Source of the DNA: Longimicrobiales bacterium
Lineage (GTDB): Bacteria > Gemmatimonadota > Gemmatimonadetes > Longimicrobiales > Gaopeijiaceae
Assembly: GCA_965202805.1 (NCBI GenBank)
Contig: OZ241869.1
Coordinates: 1,536,001-1,600,000 of the forward strand
DNA length: 64,000 nt
Direction of reading: 5' to 3'
In this document: piece by piece, positions 43,922 to 53,835 of the stretch
Position numbering within the stretch: position 1 is the first letter of the stretch
How the letters are laid out: each line of letters starts with the position of its first letter
Position numbers and translations under genes: made by a program
The notes under the pieces: generated by a model
What the model saw: only the letters and a program-made list of their open reading frames with translations
What the model was told of the DNA's origin: nothing
Databases searched by the model: none

Positions 43922-44842
43922 CTACTGGAGCAGCGCGCTCTCCTCCATGAAATCTCGCATCATCGCGACGCAATCCGCCGGATTCTCCACCTGGAGGAAA
44001 TGCGTCGTCTCCGGAATGAAATCGTAGTCCACGGTTTCGATGTGGCTGAGGTCGAAGGTGGGCAGGTAGGCGTAGGGCAGCGTCGGGTCGGAACCGATCA
44101 CCTTCGTCGGACACGGGAGATTGCCGAAGTCGACCAGGAACGCGAAGGTCCTTACGTAGGCGATGATCTGCGCCTCGTATTCGCGAGGGCAACGGAGTTC
44201 GTAGCCCCCTGCCCCGGAAGACTCCCGCAGAATCGTGCGGGCCATCAGATCCGCGGCCCCCGGAACCGCCCTGGTGAGCAACGGCAGGAAACTGAGGAGT
44301 TCCATGAAGTCCTCCCGCTTCCGGAATCGGTCCGCGCGACGGCTCGCCATCCCCGCCGCCGCCTCGGCGAGCGCGTCGAAGTCCGGGTCTTTCGGACCAG
44401 GCCGGTAGAGTGGCGGATCGAACAGGACCCATCCGGACAGCCCGTCGCATCCACCCGTCCCCAGCGTGGACGAGAGGAGCGCGGTCAGCGCGGAAAGGGA
44501 ATGAAAGACCCCGATCGTGGGCCGTTCGCCGTACCGGCGCGCCGCCGCTTCGATAACGCGCTCCTGATCCCGGACCAGGTTGGGCATGTTGTGCTCCGGG
44601 CGGTCCCCGACAGCATTCCAGCCATGGTTCCGCAGATCGTAGAGCAGGACATCGAAGTCACCCGTCAGCAGCGACCAGAACGGGTAGTAGAAATCCATGG
44701 CCAGCCCGTTTCCGTGGCCCAGCAGAAGACGCGGGCCGGCCGGATGCCCATGCCTGCGCAGAATCGTGACGCTGCCGTCGTCCTGACGGACCTCGTGCAC
44801 GGAGCGCGGCTCGGGGATCTCCCATCTGGCTGCCCTGTTCAT
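43922..44842 (-). CDS. Alpha/beta hydrolase
   Basis: LLGHGNG, YDLRNHG, GVFHSLS nucleophile elbow, LFDPP, THFLQVENP. Confidence 0.82.
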   Translation of the reverse strand: MNRAARWEIPEPRSVHEVRQDDGSVTILRRHGHPAGPRLLLGHGNGLAMDFYYPFWSLLTGDFDVLLYDLRNHGWNAVGDRPEHNMPNLVRDQERVIEAAARRYGERPTIGVFHSLSALTALLSSTLGTGGCDGLSGWVLFDPPLYRPGPKDPDFDALAEAAAGMASRRADRFRKREDFMELLSFLPLLTRAVPGAADLMARTILRESSGAGGYELRCPREYEAQIIAYVRTFAFLVDFGNLPCPTKVIGSDPTLPYAYLPTFDLSHIETVDYDFIPETTHFLQVENPADCVAMMRDFMEESALLQ

Positions 44843-44847
44843 GCCTG

Positions 44848-46722
44848 TCAAGGCGCGGGCTCAAGTACGCGTTCCGTCACAAATGCGGGGTCGATTCGCC
44901 AGAAGAGAACGCGGTAGTCGAACACGGTAAAGGCGATGCGGTCCCCGGCCGGCGAGTAGGCGGGCTGGGTCTTGTGTGAGGGGTCGAAGGTGAGCTGCTC
45001 GGCGGCTCCGCCCCCGGCGGGAACACGGAAGATCTGGAAGAACCCGTCGCTGGCCCGGTCCACATATGCGACCCAGCGCCCGTCGGCCGACACCCCGATC
45101 CCCGAATGGAGCTGGTCGGAGCCGTAGTCGTGGAAGCGCTCCGGCGCCCCGCCCGTACGGGGCACCCGCCAGAGGCTCTTGCGGCCCACCGCTTCCGCGG
45201 ACTCGAAGATGACCGTTTCGCCCGCGTCGGCCCACTCCCCCTGGATCACGTCCTGTTCGAAGCCCGTCAGCTCGATGCGCGTCTGGGGCTGCGTGACTTC
45301 CCCTGTCTCCTGGTCGATGCCGATCACGAACAGGTACGCCCGCCGCGCCCCGGACTCGTCCACGCGATAGCTGGGATAGAGGATCCAGCGCCCGTCGGCC
45401 GACCAGCGCGCCCACCCGGTCTCGTGGCCGCCTTCGCTGATCATGCGCGGCTCGCTTCCGTCCGCGGCCATGAGCCAGATGTCGTCCGACTCTTCATGGG
45501 TGTGGAAGGCGACCCAGCGTCCGTTGGGGGACCAGTGCATGCCCTGGTCTTCGGAGTAGGACTGGCGCATCACGCGCCCGGGCGCATCGTGGGGGGTGAC
45601 CGGGTCGGCCGTCACGATGCCGATGTGCTGTGCGATGTCCGGGTAGTGGAAGTCGTCGGTGACGTGGCGCCAGCTGCCGAAGGTGAAGGCGACCTCCGAG
45701 CCGTCCCAGCTCCAGGTGGGCGTCTCGGACTGGAAGGTGGTCAGTGGGGTGGACGGCCCGCCCGCGGCCGGCGCGGTCGCCACGAAGACGCGGTAGTCCT
45801 GGGACTTGAACAGGATGCGCCCGTCCATGCCTGCCGAGGGTGCGTAGGCGTCGCGGGAGAAACCGGTGAGGCGGACCGGCGCTCCGCCCGCAGCCGGGCG
45901 GGCCCACAGATCCAGAAAGCCGCCCTCGCCCGGCGCCGCATGGTAGACTTGGTCCCCTGCCGGCGAGAAGGCGAGCGGCCCGTATGTCTCCTGGTCCGTG
46001 AAGAGCGGCTCGGGCGCGTCGCAGGGGAGGTGCAGCCGCTGATGGTCGCCCTCGAGCGAGAGGCAGGACAGCCGCCCGTCCGGCGACCACGCGGGGAAGG
46101 AGAGCCGCGTCCCCGTCGCCGCCGCCCGCGCGTTGCTTCCGTCCGCGTCCAGCAGCCACACGGTGGACTCGCCTCCGGCCGACGACACGCCCGCCACGGT
46201 GGTTCCGTCCGGCGACCAGGCGAGCATGTCCAGCGACAGCAGGCCGGGCGATGCGTCGCGCCCCGGCCACAGCGGCTCCCGGGCGCCGGACGCGCGGTCG
46301 TAGACCCACCACTCCTGGCGGCTGCGGTCGAAGACGCGCTCCCGGGCCGCGACTCGGCGGCTGTCCGGAAGCCATGCGAGGAACCGGATCGACGCGGCGC
46401 CCGAGCCCATGACACGCTCCGCACCGCCCCCAGCCGGAACCACGTGCAGCCGGTCGCGCTCGGTGTACGCGAGCCAGCGGCCATCCGGCGACACCACCCC
46501 GAGCGGGTCCCGATACGCCACCGGCCCCACCTGCTCGGCGGAGGCGACGAAGTCGAGGGGCGGGAGGCCCGCGTCCGCTTCGGGGCCCTCGGCACACCCG
46601 CCGGCCATCGCGGCAAGCAGGCCGGCGATCAGGACGCGGCACGACGCGGGCTCCCACCGACCGGCCGAGCCGAGCTCGATCCGGGCCGCCGAGCCGCCCC
46701 GGCGGTTCCGACCGTCACCCAC
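44848..46722 (-). CDS. TolB-like/PD40 beta-propeller protein, probable lipoprotein (start uncertain)
   Basis: Repeated WSPDG/FSPAG/WSADG motifs; LLAAMAGGC lipobox-like segment. Confidence 0.75.
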   Translation of the reverse strand: MGDGRNRRGGSAARIELGSAGRWEPASCRVLIAGLLAAMAGGCAEGPEADAGLPPLDFVASAEQVGPVAYRDPLGVVSPDGRWLAYTERDRLHVVPAGGGAERVMGSGAASIRFLAWLPDSRRVAARERVFDRSRQEWWVYDRASGAREPLWPGRDASPGLLSLDMLAWSPDGTTVAGVSSAGGESTVWLLDADGSNARAAATGTRLSFPAWSPDGRLSCLSLEGDHQRLHLPCDAPEPLFTDQETYGPLAFSPAGDQVYHAAPGEGGFLDLWARPAAGGAPVRLTGFSRDAYAPSAGMDGRILFKSQDYRVFVATAPAAGGPSTPLTTFQSETPTWSWDGSEVAFTFGSWRHVTDDFHYPDIAQHIGIVTADPVTPHDAPGRVMRQSYSEDQGMHWSPNGRWVAFHTHEESDDIWLMAADGSEPRMISEGGHETGWARWSADGRWILYPSYRVDESGARRAYLFVIGIDQETGEVTQPQTRIELTGFEQDVIQGEWADAGETVIFESAEAVGRKSLWRVPRTGGAPERFHDYGSDQLHSGIGVSADGRWVAYVDRASDGFFQIFRVPAGGGAAEQLTFDPSHKTQPAYSPAGDRIAFTVFDYRVLFWRIDPAFVTERVLEPAP

Positions 46723-46829
46723 CGGCCGACCAAGGCCGCAACTCCATTCGTGTTGGCCGAAATCACCGCGGTCCGGCCCCGGGCCGGACCGATTAGCGGA
46801 GCCGCGCCGAATGCCCTGCCCCGGCGTCC

Positions 46830-47411
46830 TCACGTCCCGAACCATGCCGGCTCGTTCCCCGGTTTCCACTTGATGTTGCACCCGACGCTCGCATGCTGCT
46901 CGGCCAGTGGCGCCCGTCCGTCCAGCAGCGCATCGGCCGCCGCGCGCAGATCCTCGCCGGTCACCCGGGCCCCGCTGCCCGGGCGGGAGCCATCGAACTG
47001 GCCCCTGTACACCAGCCTGCGGTCGCCATCGTACAGGAAGAAGTCGGGTGTGCACGCGGCCCCGTACGCCCGGGCCACCTCCTGGGACTCGTCGAAGAGG
47101 TACGGGAACGTGTACCCCACCTGGTCGATCTCCTCCGCCATGCGCTCCGGCGAATCCGCCGGATGGGTGGCCACGTCGTTGGCGTTGATGCCGACCACGC
47201 CCAGCCCGCGAGCCTGGCAGTCGCGCGCGAACTCGGCCAGCTCGTGCCGCAGGTGCTTCACGAACGGGCAGTGGTTGCAGATGAAGGCGACCAGCAGCCC
47301 GCCCTCCCCGACCACATCGGACAGCGTCCAGTCGCGGCCGGAAGGATCGGGCAGGCGAAAGTCCGGCGCCGGCGTTCCCAGCGCCACCATGGTCGAGGGC
47401 GTGAGCACCAT
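46830..47411 (-). CDS. Thioredoxin-like AhpC/TSA family protein
   Basis: APDFRLPD, FICNHCPFV, YLFDESQEVARAYGAACTPDFF, SVGCNIKW. Confidence 0.9.
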   Translation of the reverse strand: MVLTPSTMVALGTPAPDFRLPDPSGRDWTLSDVVGEGGLLVAFICNHCPFVKHLRHELAEFARDCQARGLGVVGINANDVATHPADSPERMAEEIDQVGYTFPYLFDESQEVARAYGAACTPDFFLYDGDRRLVYRGQFDGSRPGSGARVTGEDLRAAADALLDGRAPLAEQHASVGCNIKWKPGNEPAWFGT

Positions 47412-47890
47412 TATGTCATCCCCATGCGCTGAGGCAACGTCTCCAGCTCGACGATCTCGTACCGCCGTATCCCGCTCGGGAGCCTCACCTCGACCTCCTC
47501 GCCCTGGCGCGCGCCCATCAGTCCACGGCCGATCGCCGACGCCATGGACACATGGCCCGCCTCGATGTCGATGTAGTCACCGGCCGCGATCGTGTACGTT
47601 GCCTGCATGCCCCGTACACGATCGTGGACCGTAACCCGGGAGCCAAACCCCACCCGATCCGGGGGCATCCCCTCGACATCGATCTGCGACAGCTCGGAGA
47701 CGCGCTGCCTCAGGTGGCCGATGCGGGCGTTCACGAACTGCTGCCGCTCCAGCGCCGACTTGTACTCGGAGTTCTCGCGCAGATCGCCCAGCTCGACGGC
47801 CTTGCGGATGCGCTCCGGAAGCTCGAAGGCCAGCTCGCGCGAGAGCGTCTCGATCTCGTCTTCTATCTTCTGTCTGATTTCGCTCAGCAT
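47411..47890 (-). CDS. greA: Transcription elongation factor GreA
   Basis: AVELGDLRENSEY, VGFGSRVT, SMASAIGRGLMG. Confidence 0.88.
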   Translation of the reverse strand: MLSEIRQKIEDEIETLSRELAFELPERIRKAVELGDLRENSEYKSALERQQFVNARIGHLRQRVSELSQIDVEGMPPDRVGFGSRVTVHDRVRGMQATYTIAAGDYIDIEAGHVSMASAIGRGLMGARQGEEVEVRLPSGIRRYEIVELETLPQRMGMT

Positions 47891-47933
47891 CCAGGCTGCT
47901 CCGGACGACTCGTGAAAACGCCGCGACGCGGCG

Positions 47934-48431
47934 TCAGGATCGCGGATCGGAAGTGGCCAGCACCACCTCGCGGCGCGCCTGCCGGTCCGCCTTGACCGCC
48001 TCCCGGACTTCGGAGTCCGCCACCCCCAGGATCTGCGCCGCCAGGATCGCGGCGTTCACCGCTCCCGCCTTGCCGATGGCGAGCGTCGCCACCGGCACGC
48101 CCCCCGGCATCTGGACCGTGGAGAGGAGCGAGTCGAGGCCGTCGAGAGCGGAACCCATGGGCACGCCCAGCACGGGCAGGGCGGTGCCCGACGCCACCAC
48201 GCCCGCAAGGTGGGCCGCCCCCCCGGCCGCCGCGATGATGACCGCCAGCCCCCTCTCTTCAGCGGTGGTGGAATACTCGTGCACCAGGTCCGGGGTGCGG
48301 TGCGCGGACATCACCCGGACCTCGTGAGGGACGCCGAGCGACTCGAGGGTGTCGGCGGCGTGGGTCATGACGGGCCAGTCGCTCTTCGAGCCCATGAGCA
48401 CGCCTACCTTGGGACGATTGTTGGAATCCAT
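47934..48431 (-). CDS. purE: N5-carboxyaminoimidazole ribonucleotide mutase
   Basis: [37 protein letters not shown]. Confidence 0.95.
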   Translation of the reverse strand: MDSNNRPKVGVLMGSKSDWPVMTHAADTLESLGVPHEVRVMSAHRTPDLVHEYSTTAEERGLAVIIAAAGGAAHLAGVVASGTALPVLGVPMGSALDGLDSLLSTVQMPGGVPVATLAIGKAGAVNAAILAAQILGVADSEVREAVKADRQARREVVLATSDPRS

Positions 48432-48629
48432 GCGAATGAAACCGATCCGGGCTTGGGGGAGTCGATGAACGCCGGCGCGAAAGCGGGTTCGAGCGTTGGA
48501 GGAAAGCCCACGATGCAGAACCGCCGCGAAGGGGTCAAGGGTTGAATTGGTGCCGAAGCCGGAGTTACTGTCGATAGCTGCGTCCGCATCCGTCCCGCCC
48601 GGCACCGTCAGATCAACAGGGGAAACCGC

Positions 48630-49043
48630 ATGAACATCAGGGTCACGCTTCGCTGGCTGCAGGTGCTCGACAAGCTCGAGCCCTGGTACAGGGCCAAGGG
48701 CCAGTTCGTCTTCTGGACCAGGGTCACCAGCGGAGAAAACACCGACGAACGCCGGTTCCCCGAAGAGGGTCACTACCCCATCTCGGATCATCGCCGCTGG
48801 AACAAGCTCGACCACCTGAACAAGGTCATGTACGAGGGCGAGGCCGGCGATTCCCTGAGCATCGAAGTACGCGGCGTCGAGATGGACATGTTCTCGAGCG
48901 ACGACGAGCTGGAACGCTATTCGCGCGACTTCCCGGGCCCGGTCGAATCGTGGGTCGGCCGCCATCAGCCGGGGGACGAAGGGCCGCCCGATCCCGAGGC
49001 CATGACCAACTGGCGGATCTGCTACGACGTGGAGGTCGTCTAG
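48630..49043 (+). CDS. Hypothetical protein
   Basis: 137-aa ORF with genome-typical codon bias, divergent from purE; no motif recognised. Confidence 0.65.
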   Translation: MNIRVTLRWLQVLDKLEPWYRAKGQFVFWTRVTSGENTDERRFPEEGHYPISDHRRWNKLDHLNKVMYEGEAGDSLSIEVRGVEMDMFSSDDELERYSRDFPGPVESWVGRHQPGDEGPPDPEAMTNWRICYDVEVV

Positions 49044-49100
49044 CTTCAGGCGCGCCCGACCGGGCGTCGAGCCCCGATCAGGTTCCGTCGGAGTCGCGAT

Positions 49101-50381
49101 TCACCCGTCCCCCATGCGGACCAGGTGATACCGCTTCTTCCCTCGTCGCAGCACCACGAACTCGCCCTCCAGGGTCTGGTCCATCGTAACGCGCGCGGGC
49201 ACGTCCGCGATGCGGTGGTTGTTGACGTAGATGCCTCCCCCGCTGATGGCGCGGCGGGCGTCGCTCTTCGAGGCGGCCAGGCCAGCGCCGTGCAGCAGGT
49301 CCACGAGCGGGAGCCCCTCTCCCTGCAGGGCGCCGCGGGTGATGCGGCTGGAGGGCACGTCCGCGAAGATGTCCGCGATTTCGCCGGCGCCCAGGCCTTC
49401 GATTTCGCCGCCGAAGAGCGCCTCGCTCGCCTTGCGCGCGCGGCCCAGCCCGTCCTCTCCGTGGAGACGGCGGGTGACGTCGGCGGCCAGCGCCCTCTGC
49501 GCGAGGCGGCGGTGCGGTGCGCTCGCCGTTGATGACTCGAGCTCCTCGACCTCCTCCCGCGAGAACAGGGTAAAGAGGCGCAGGTAGGCCCCCACGTCCG
49601 CGTCCGGCGTGTTCATCCAGAACTGGTAGAAGCGATAGGGCGTGGTGCGTGCGGGATCCAGCCACACGGTTCCGCTCTCGGTCTTGCCGAACTTGGTGCC
49701 GGAGGAGGTGGTCAGGAGCGGGAAGGTGACCCCGTACGCGCGGGCGCCGCGCACCCGCCGGATCAGCTCGGTGCCCGCGGTGATGTTCCCCCACTGATCG
49801 CTTCCGCCCATCTGGACGGTGCACCCCAGCCGGTCGTAGAGCTCGAGGAAGTCGTAGGCCTGCAGCAGCACGTAGCTGAACTCGGTGAACGAGATGCTCG
49901 CCTGCGGATCCTGTACGCGCCTGCGGATCGAGTCCTTGCCGAGGAGGGCGTTGATGGAGAAGTGCTTGCCCACGTCGCGCAGGAAATCGACCATCCCGAC
50001 CTTGCCCAGCCAGTCCAGGTTGTTGGCCATGCGCGCGGGATTGCCCTTCACCTCGAAGTCGAGGAAATGAGCAAGCTGGGCGTGGATGCCCAGGGCGTTG
50101 GCCTCCGCCTCCTCCTTTGACAGAAGCACGCGCTCCGCGGCCTTCTCGGACGGGTCGCCGATCAGGCCGGTGCCTCCGCCGACGAGGGCTACGGGGGTGT
50201 GTCCCGCGCGCTGCAGGTGGACCAGCCCCATGATCGGGAGCAGGCTGCCTACGTGCAGGCTGGAGGCGGTCGGATCGAAGCCGATGTAGGCGACCCGGGG
50301 CTCGGCGGCGAACGCCTGCGCGGCACCGTCGGTGGCGTCGTAGAGCAGGCCGCGCCACTTGTATTCGTCGAGCAGGTTCAT
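49101..50381 (-). CDS. tyrS: Tyrosine--tRNA ligase
   Basis: YIGFDPTASSLHVGS (HIGH), QMGGSDQWGNI, KFGKT (KMSKS), C-terminal S4 domain ending LRRGKK. Confidence 0.96.
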   Translation of the reverse strand: MNLLDEYKWRGLLYDATDGAAQAFAAEPRVAYIGFDPTASSLHVGSLLPIMGLVHLQRAGHTPVALVGGGTGLIGDPSEKAAERVLLSKEEAEANALGIHAQLAHFLDFEVKGNPARMANNLDWLGKVGMVDFLRDVGKHFSINALLGKDSIRRRVQDPQASISFTEFSYVLLQAYDFLELYDRLGCTVQMGGSDQWGNITAGTELIRRVRGARAYGVTFPLLTTSSGTKFGKTESGTVWLDPARTTPYRFYQFWMNTPDADVGAYLRLFTLFSREEVEELESSTASAPHRRLAQRALAADVTRRLHGEDGLGRARKASEALFGGEIEGLGAGEIADIFADVPSSRITRGALQGEGLPLVDLLHGAGLAASKSDARRAISGGGIYVNNHRIADVPARVTMDQTLEGEFVVLRRGKKRYHLVRMGDG

Positions 50382-50500
50382 GGGCCGCGGGGATGGCTGG
50401 AACGGCGCCGGGCGGAGGTGGAACGATGGCCTGCCGGCCGGCGAGCATTGGCTTCCGGGACGGCCAAAGCTACAGGGTTGGGTGGCGATCTTCCATGGCC

Positions 50501-52009
50501 TTACGCCCGATCGAGGGCGGAGAGCAGGACTGCGAGGCGGGCACGGTCGATCTTGCCGTTCGGGTTGCGTGGAAGCGCGGCCAGCACCCCGAGGGCGCGT
50601 GGACGGGACGCGGGACCGAGCGCCTCCCGGCAGTGCCGCTGGAGCGCCTGCACGCGAACTTCGTGGCCGGCGGCGGGCACGACCGCGGCCGCGACCCGCT
50701 CTCCCCATTCGGGATCGGGCAGCCCCACCACCGCAGCCTCCGCCACCCCGGGATGCGCGGCCAGCACCCGCTCGATCTCCGCGGGGTCGACGTTCACCCC
50801 GCCGCTGACGACGCGGTGCGCCTTGCGGCCGGTGACCCACAGGTGGCCGTCGCGGTCGAAGCGGCCCAGGTCGCCGGTGCGGTGCCAGCCGTCCGGGCCG
50901 GTGATGGGCTCCCCACGGTGGTACGCGGGCGCGACCATGTCGCCGCGCACTTCGATCTCGCCGCCGGCGGCGATGCGGACCTCGACGTCGTCGAGGGGGG
51001 CGCCGGCCGTGCCGGCTTTGGCGCGCACCAGCGCAGGCGGGGCAGTGGCGACCTGTGAACAGGTCTCGGTCTTGCCGTAGGTGAGCGCGAGCGGCAGGCC
51101 GGACGACAGCGCGCGCTCCACCAGGGCGGGCGGGGCGCCCGCACCCCCCACCAGCACGCACCGCAGCGAGGCCGGGAGGGGATGGGGGAGGCCGGCGTCG
51201 AGCAGGCGGCCGAGCATGGTGGGCACCAGCGAGACGTGGCTGACGGCGTCCGCCTCGATCAGCTCGACCAGTACCTCCGGCCGCCAGCGGCCGCGCACCA
51301 CGACCCGGCTGCCTGCCGCCAGCGCCCGGTCGACCAGCGCCATGCCGCCGATGTGGGCGAGCGACAGGGAGGCGTACCAGATGTCTCCAGGACCCAGGCC
51401 CAGTCGGGCGCGCACGGCGCGCGCGCTGGCGTCGAAGTTGCGCCGCGTGAGCGCGACCGCGCGCGCCGCTCCGCCGGTGCCCGAGGTGCGCAGGATTGCG
51501 ACCACATCGTCGGGTCTCGAACCGGGCAGCGGCCCATCCGCGGGGGTCACCCGGCGGATGTCGGCCGCTGCGGCCGGTTCGGGAGCGCTCGACCGGTCTT
51601 CCGGCGGAAAGCCACGGTCCGCCAGCGCAAAGACCCCGCGCGGCTCCGCTCCCCCGCACAACCCCGCGACCACGCCGCGCGTCAGCTCCAGATGAGGCGG
51701 GGCGCACAGCACGACGGCCGGTCGCGCGACCGCGAAGGCATCTCCGAGCTCGCGGGGGGCAAGGGTCGGGTTGAGCGGGGCCAGCGCCGCCCCTGCGCGG
51801 GGCGCCGCGAACATGGCCGCCACCGCCGCCGTACCGGTTGGCGCAAGCATCCCGACCACATCCCCCGGCCGCACGCCGAGGGTCACCAGCCGGCGGGCCA
51901 AACGGTCGGCCGCGCCGTCCAGGTCGCGGTAGCTCAGGCGCGCACCGCCAGCGTCGAGCGCGATTCCGTCGGGGTGTGCCCGTGCCGTCCGTGCGACCGG
52001 GTCCCTCAC
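50501..52009 (-). CDS. menE: o-Succinylbenzoate--CoA ligase
   Basis: TSGTGG, SLVPTML, TYGKTETCSQ, TGDLG, LPRNPNGK; last gene of the men cluster, GTGA-coupled to menA. Confidence 0.82.
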   Translation of the reverse strand: MRDPVARTARAHPDGIALDAGGARLSYRDLDGAADRLARRLVTLGVRPGDVVGMLAPTGTAAVAAMFAAPRAGAALAPLNPTLAPRELGDAFAVARPAVVLCAPPHLELTRGVVAGLCGGAEPRGVFALADRGFPPEDRSSAPEPAAAADIRRVTPADGPLPGSRPDDVVAILRTSGTGGAARAVALTRRNFDASARAVRARLGLGPGDIWYASLSLAHIGGMALVDRALAAGSRVVVRGRWRPEVLVELIEADAVSHVSLVPTMLGRLLDAGLPHPLPASLRCVLVGGAGAPPALVERALSSGLPLALTYGKTETCSQVATAPPALVRAKAGTAGAPLDDVEVRIAAGGEIEVRGDMVAPAYHRGEPITGPDGWHRTGDLGRFDRDGHLWVTGRKAHRVVSGGVNVDPAEIERVLAAHPGVAEAAVVGLPDPEWGERVAAAVVPAAGHEVRVQALQRHCREALGPASRPRALGVLAALPRNPNGKIDRARLAVLLSALDRA

Positions 52010-52893
52010 CCCAGCGCGAACCCGAGCCCGAGCAGGACTCCGAAGAGCCCCAGGAAGCGGGCAGTCCCCGCCAGCGCGCGGTTCAGGGCGGCCGGGTCGC
52101 GGAAGGTCAGAACCAGCCGGAGCGACCCCGCCACCGCCGGAAGCGCGAACAGCGGGAGCAACACCCAGGGGCTCCAGCCGTGCAGCGCGATCCCGCCGAC
52201 GGGCACGGCCGCGGTCAACCCCAGCAGGAAGACGTACTGCGCCTTCGTCCACCCGCCCCCCATGCGCACCGCGAGGGTTCGCTTGCCGGCGCGCGCATCC
52301 GTCTCCATGTCGCGCAGGTTGTTCACCACCAGAATCGCGGTGCTGGCGGCCCCCAGCGCGACTCCCGCGGTCAGGGCGTCCGGACGGAATTCCAGCACCT
52401 GCACGTAGCAGGTCCCCGCGACCGCCACCAGGCCGAAGAAGACGAAGACGAACACATCGCCCAGCCCGTGATACCCCAGCGGCCAGGGCCCCCCCGTGTA
52501 GGCGATCCCGGAGGCGATGCCTGCCACACCGATCGCGACCACCGGCCACCCTGCCACCGCCGCCAGATACACCCCCGCCCCCGCGGCGAGCGCGAACGCC
52601 AGCAGCGCTCCCCGCAGCACGTCCCGCCCCTCGATCAGCCCGGCCTGGGTGACGCGCACGGGACCCAGCCGCCCCACGTCGTCCCCACCCTTCTGGTAGT
52701 CGTAGTAGTCGTTGGCCAGGTTGGTCCCGACCTGGATCAGCATCGCCCCGGCCAGCGCGGCCAGCGCGGGAAGCAGGGCGAAGCCGCCGTGCATGTGGGC
52801 CAGCCCGGTGCCGGCGGCGACCGGCGCGACGGCGGCTGTAAGGGTGCGGGGCCTGCAGGCCATCACCCAGGCCCGCGCGCCTACGGCAGCCAC
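52006..52893 (-). CDS. menA: 1,4-dihydroxy-2-naphthoate polyprenyltransferase
   Basis: [47 protein letters not shown]. Confidence 0.92.
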   Translation of the reverse strand: MAAVGARAWVMACRPRTLTAAVAPVAAGTGLAHMHGGFALLPALAALAGAMLIQVGTNLANDYYDYQKGGDDVGRLGPVRVTQAGLIEGRDVLRGALLAFALAAGAGVYLAAVAGWPVVAIGVAGIASGIAYTGGPWPLGYHGLGDVFVFVFFGLVAVAGTCYVQVLEFRPDALTAGVALGAASTAILVVNNLRDMETDARAGKRTLAVRMGGGWTKAQYVFLLGLTAAVPVGGIALHGWSPWVLLPLFALPAVAGSLRLVLTFRDPAALNRALAGTARFLGLFGVLLGLGFALG

Positions 52894-53717
52894 GGATACT
52901 TGCGGAAGTCCGGTTTGCGCTTCTGCAGATATGCGTTCCTGCCCTCCTGCCCCTGTTCCGTCATGTAGAAGAGCAGGGTTGCGTTGCCGGCGAGCTCCTG
53001 GAGGCCGGTCTGGCCGTCCACGTCGGCATTGAAGGCGGCCTTCAGGCAGCGGATCGCCAGCGGGCTCTTGTCCAGGATCTCCTGCGCCCACTGCCAGCCC
53101 TCCATCTCCAGCTCCTCCACCGGCACGACCTTGTTGACCAGCCCCATCTCCAGCGCCTCGGCGGCGTCGTACTGCCGGCACAGGTACCAGATCTCGCGCG
53201 CCTTCTTCTGTCCGACGATGCGGGCCAGGTACGAGGAGCCGTACCCCCCGTCGAAGCTGCCCACGATGGGCCCGGTCTGGCCGAAGACGGCGTTGTCGGC
53301 GGCGATGGTGAGGTCGCATACGACATGCAGCACATGGCCGCCGCCGATGGCGTATCCGGCCACCAGGGCGATGACCGGCTTGGGCATGGTGCGCATGTAG
53401 CGCTGCAGCTCGAGCACGTTCAGCCGCGGCACGCCGTCTCCGCCCACATACCCGGCGTCGCCGCGCACGCGCTGGTCACCCCCGGAGGAGAACGCGTACT
53501 TGCCGTCCTTCGCCGGGCCGTTGCCGGTGAAGAGGACGACACCGATGTCCATGTCCTCTCCCGCATCGCGGAAGGCCTCCTGCAGCTCGAACAGGGTCTC
53601 CGGGCGGAAGGCGTTGCGCACCTCGGGACGGTTGAAGGCGATGCGCGCCACCCCGCCGCACTTGTGATAGGTGATGTCCCCGTACTCGCGGACCTGCTTC
53701 CAATCCGGCTGTTTCAT
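52881..53717 (-). CDS. menB: 1,4-dihydroxy-2-naphthoyl-CoA synthase
   Basis: [49 protein letters not shown]. Confidence 0.96.
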   Translation of the reverse strand: MKQPDWKQVREYGDITYHKCGGVARIAFNRPEVRNAFRPETLFELQEAFRDAGEDMDIGVVLFTGNGPAKDGKYAFSSGGDQRVRGDAGYVGGDGVPRLNVLELQRYMRTMPKPVIALVAGYAIGGGHVLHVVCDLTIAADNAVFGQTGPIVGSFDGGYGSSYLARIVGQKKAREIWYLCRQYDAAEALEMGLVNKVVPVEELEMEGWQWAQEILDKSPLAIRCLKAAFNADVDGQTGLQELAGNATLLFYMTEQGQEGRNAYLQKRKPDFRKYPWLP

Positions 53718-53835
53718 TCACGATCTCCCGCTCTCTGCTTCATGCACGATCGCCGGCAATCCCGGCGGCCCGGCTCGGGCATCTCTCCCTGCGATTGTCA
53801 CGGAATATGGCGCGCCGAGGACGCTGCCGCGGCGC

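Noticed and set aside
50382..50500. T-box leader upstream of tyrS
   Set aside because: Region is too short and has no T-box consensus.
53718..53835. menH pseudogene remnant between menD and menB
   Set aside because: No recognisable alpha/beta-hydrolase residues in the minus-strand frames.
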